A DNA stretch of 63,600 nucleotides, counting the filler, from Lama guanicoe (Eukaryota), in the NCBI GenBank assembly GCA_013239625.1. It is 135 parts of 135 records of this genome, joined end to end, with 100 filler letters (N's around TTAATTAATTAA, not from the genome) between each part and the next. Parts side by side here need not be neighbours in the genome. Positions count along the whole stretch, not along the records: positions 61,336 to 61,708 come from PNXV01058654.1; positions 61,809 to 62,181 come from PNXV01058655.1; positions 62,282 to 62,654 come from PNXV01058656.1; positions 62,755 to 63,127 come from PNXV01058657.1; positions 63,228 to 63,600 come from PNXV01058658.1; 130 more parts are not named here. One strand, given 5' to 3'. A program made the translations under genes and the position numbers. The notes under the pieces are model-generated. The model saw nothing but the letters and a program-made list of their open reading frames with translations. It did not search any database and was not told the DNA's origin. Of the stretch, positions 61,336-63,600 are shown in pieces. Positions within the stretch are counted from its first letter, which is position 1. The number at the start of each line of letters is the position of its first letter.

Positions 61336-61708
61336 GCAAAAACAAAAAGAGTTTAGCAACACTAAACCCATGCTAAAAGAAATAGTCAAAGATCTACTCT
61401 AAGCAGAAAAGCAGCAGGATGCTACAGAAATGAGAAAAACATAAAAAGGTGATAGCTAATAAATTACAAATATAATAAACACAAAATTGTAAAAGAAGTC
61501 ATTGAAATCATTAAGAGTGGGAAGGGAAGCAAGAAAATATAGAGTATTTTTTTCTTCCTTTTTAAATTTTTTGTTCTTTGTAGGATGGGTTCAAGATATA
61601 GTAATGGGCTAATAGATTTAAAAAAAAGGGTACCCACAAGCTAAAAAGTTACAAGGGAGTCACAAAAACTAAATAAAATCCATGATAATGCAAAGGAAAA
61701 TTACCAAA
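61336..61708 (+). mobile_element. L1 ORF1 end and inter-ORF spacer
   Basis: QKQKEFSNTKPMLKEIVKDLL*, followed by an A-rich spacer. Confidence 0.8.
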
Positions 61709-62977
61709 NNNNNNNNNNNNNNNNNNNNNNNNNNNNNNNNNNNNNNNNNNNNTTAATTAATTAANNNNNNNNNNNNNNNNNNNNNNNNNNNNNNNNNNNN
61801 NNNNNNNNATATTAATGGAGATTTTTAAAAATGAATTCTATATTGTTCTTTTTGTAAACCAAAGACTTACTGGATGAGGTCAATAACCTCTCCTCCTCTG
61901 TGCCTCTATTGGACTTATGTATAAATTTCAGTTCTTAGATTGAGAAGTACCATGTTCGTAGATGAAAGAGCACAGTTAAAAGATCCAGCTTCAGAATCAG
62001 AATTAGAATCAAACTCTGGCTGGAACAGACCCCTAACCAATCAGAGTGAGTTCCAACTGATCAGAGTGGTCGCCTGACCCCTCCAGGAGCCCCTGACCTT
62101 TAGGCTGTTCTGGCCACTAGCCACTGAGCGTCAGCCCTTCTCTGCCCTCCCTGCACTGGGGAGTCAGCCTCTGAGCCTCAGNNNNNNNNNNNNNNNNNNN
62201 NNNNNNNNNNNNNNNNNNNNNNNNNTTAATTAATTAANNNNNNNNNNNNNNNNNNNNNNNNNNNNNNNNNNNNNNNNNNNNGGCCCAGTACAAGGTCATC
62301 ATAGAACCTGGTATACAGAAGGAGCTCAATAAGTGTGTGTTGGATGATTGAACAGACGAACGGGACTCTAAATGCAAAGCTGATACAAAACATGCAACTT
62401 CAGGTCCTCCTTGTGCAAGAATGTGAGGACCAGCAGATTCGCTGAGAGTGGTAAAGTGGCCAGTGCCATTGTCACCTCTGACTTGTGTTTCTAAACAGAA
62501 AGGTAACAGCCTTCAGGAGAGAGGAGACCGTGGAAGTGTTTACCAAAAACACATCTGAGTGTGACCTGGGAGTTCTTTTCAACACCTGTCAAGTTTTCCC
62601 ATCTTTGGAGACTGGGGAGGGGAGAGCGGGTGGTCCAGCTCAAGAAAGTCTGAANNNNNNNNNNNNNNNNNNNNNNNNNNNNNNNNNNNNNNNNNNNNTT
62701 AATTAATTAANNNNNNNNNNNNNNNNNNNNNNNNNNNNNNNNNNNNNNNNNNNNTGTTTTCTGTGATAACCTTTGAAGCAATTATTAGTTAAGACCTAAG
62801 TTAGTTTTTGCATCTTGTTGTGTTGGATTTGAAGATTTTATAGTTTAATGTGTCAAGTTGTAGCAAACTTTGTAGTTATTTATCCCATTGTGTATTTTAT
62901 GGCATGTTTTCAACTCTGAAGTACCATTTGTTAGATGGGAGTTTCGGCTTGTAATTAGTTTCTATTTGTGAAAACAG

Positions 62978-63106
62978 GCTCGTGGTATGAGGAGATGATC
63001 AATGATAGGAACAGATCAGTGGCTCGAAGTATGAGCTGGAATGCCGACGGACGGAAGATCTGCATCGTGTACGAAGACGGGGCTGTGATAGTTGGTTCTG
63101 TGGACG
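62978..63106 (+). CDS. WDR35: WDR35/IFT121 internal coding exon (129 bp), unusually divergent
   Basis: aaaacag|GCTCGTGG...GTGGACG|gtaatg; encodes (G)[42 protein letters not shown](G). Confidence 0.92.
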
Positions 63107-63600
63107 GTAATGCATTTTTGCACCTAGNNNNNNNNNNNNNNNNNNNNNNNNNNNNNNNNNNNNNNNNNNNNTTAATTAATTAANNNNNNNNNNNNNNNNN
63201 NNNNNNNNNNNNNNNNNNNNNNNNNNNGAGATTTCACTTGGCTCTGATGTAGTGCCCTCCAAATTGGGCAGGAGATAAAGATGGAAGGAGCCAAGGGGTT
63301 GAAATGTACAAGGTCCATCAGCTCCAACACCCATATTTGGCTCCACAGCCACTCAACCATCTGGAAAAGTTCCTTTTCTGCCTGAAAATCTCTTACAGCA
63401 ATGCAGCACACCCACCCTCTGTCATCTAAGAGACCTGGGTGATGAAAGGGAAAAGGAATTCTCACCAAGATCAACATCTGAATACCAGAAATAGGACAGC
63501 CTTTGCACTGAAATAACTATCCATGGCCCTATTCTGTTTTCTTCAAATGACGGAAAATCTAATTCCCAGGAAATACTAACAGCTTCATTATGTGACCACA

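Larger units (their letters stand above)
371..63227. other. Artificial contig-joining linker N44-TTAATTAATTAA-N44, repeated about 134 times every 469-473 bp (first copy 371-470, last copy 63128-63227)
   Basis: Identical 100-bp unit throughout. The 12-mer is its own reverse complement, has TAA in all three frames per strand and contains overlapping PacI sites. Intervening contigs are unrelated and rise from about 371 to 373 bp. Confidence 0.99.

Noticed and set aside
58498..63106. Apparent ciliary gene cluster (TTC30/IFT70 and WDR35/IFT121 within 5 kb)
   Set aside because: They are on separate contigs ordered only by length, so the proximity is coincidental.
415..63183. CRISPR-like or regularly interspaced array of the palindrome TTAATTAATTAA with unique ~372-bp 'spacers'
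   Set aside because: Each copy sits in exactly 44+44 Ns, the 'spacers' are length-sorted mammalian fragments and there are no cas genes. It is a synthetic linker.
223..63477. Many ORFs sharing a C-terminal X15-LIN or X-N motif
   Set aside because: These are translations of the N-run and linker, not a protein family.
1..63600. Microbial, mitochondrial (NUMT) or rDNA contigs among the unplaced fragments
   Set aside because: I recognised no contig with bacterial coding density, mitochondrial genes or rRNA sequence; a BLAST screen would be needed to exclude subtle cases.

Overview
This window is not contiguous DNA. It is a concatenation of roughly 135 unrelated short contigs of 369-373 bp, in ascending length order. 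Each join is an artificial 100-bp linker (N44-TTAATTAATTAA-N44, a palindrome with stop codons in all six frames). The source is a placental mammal, most likely a camelid: two Vic-1-like tRNA-derived SINEs and cetartiodactyl-type L1 3' ends are present, and I saw no Alu, Bov-tA/BovB, PRE-1 or CAN-SINE. Most contigs are non-coding and rich in L1, L2, MIR, MaLR/ERV LTR and hAT fragments. Recognisable gene fragments are an OR4C11-like olfactory receptor 5' end, an RPL29 pseudogene, two FAM50A exons with their intron, an OR2H-like olfactory receptor, a KRTAP10-like promoter and start, an open class III (ERV-S/HERVL18-like) gag fragment, TTC30A/IFT70 CDS and one WDR35/IFT121 exon. Neighbouring contigs are not neighbours in the genome, so no multi-gene system can be inferred, and I found no convincing novel biological system. 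The best leads lie inside single contigs: the open ERV-S-like gag, a WDR35 exon whose amino-acid changes are all A/T->G/C, an unidentified L1-mediated retrocopy with a target-site duplication, and a degenerate ~160-bp GC-rich tandem repeat. Family and gene names come from recalled consensus or protein sequences, not from database searches.
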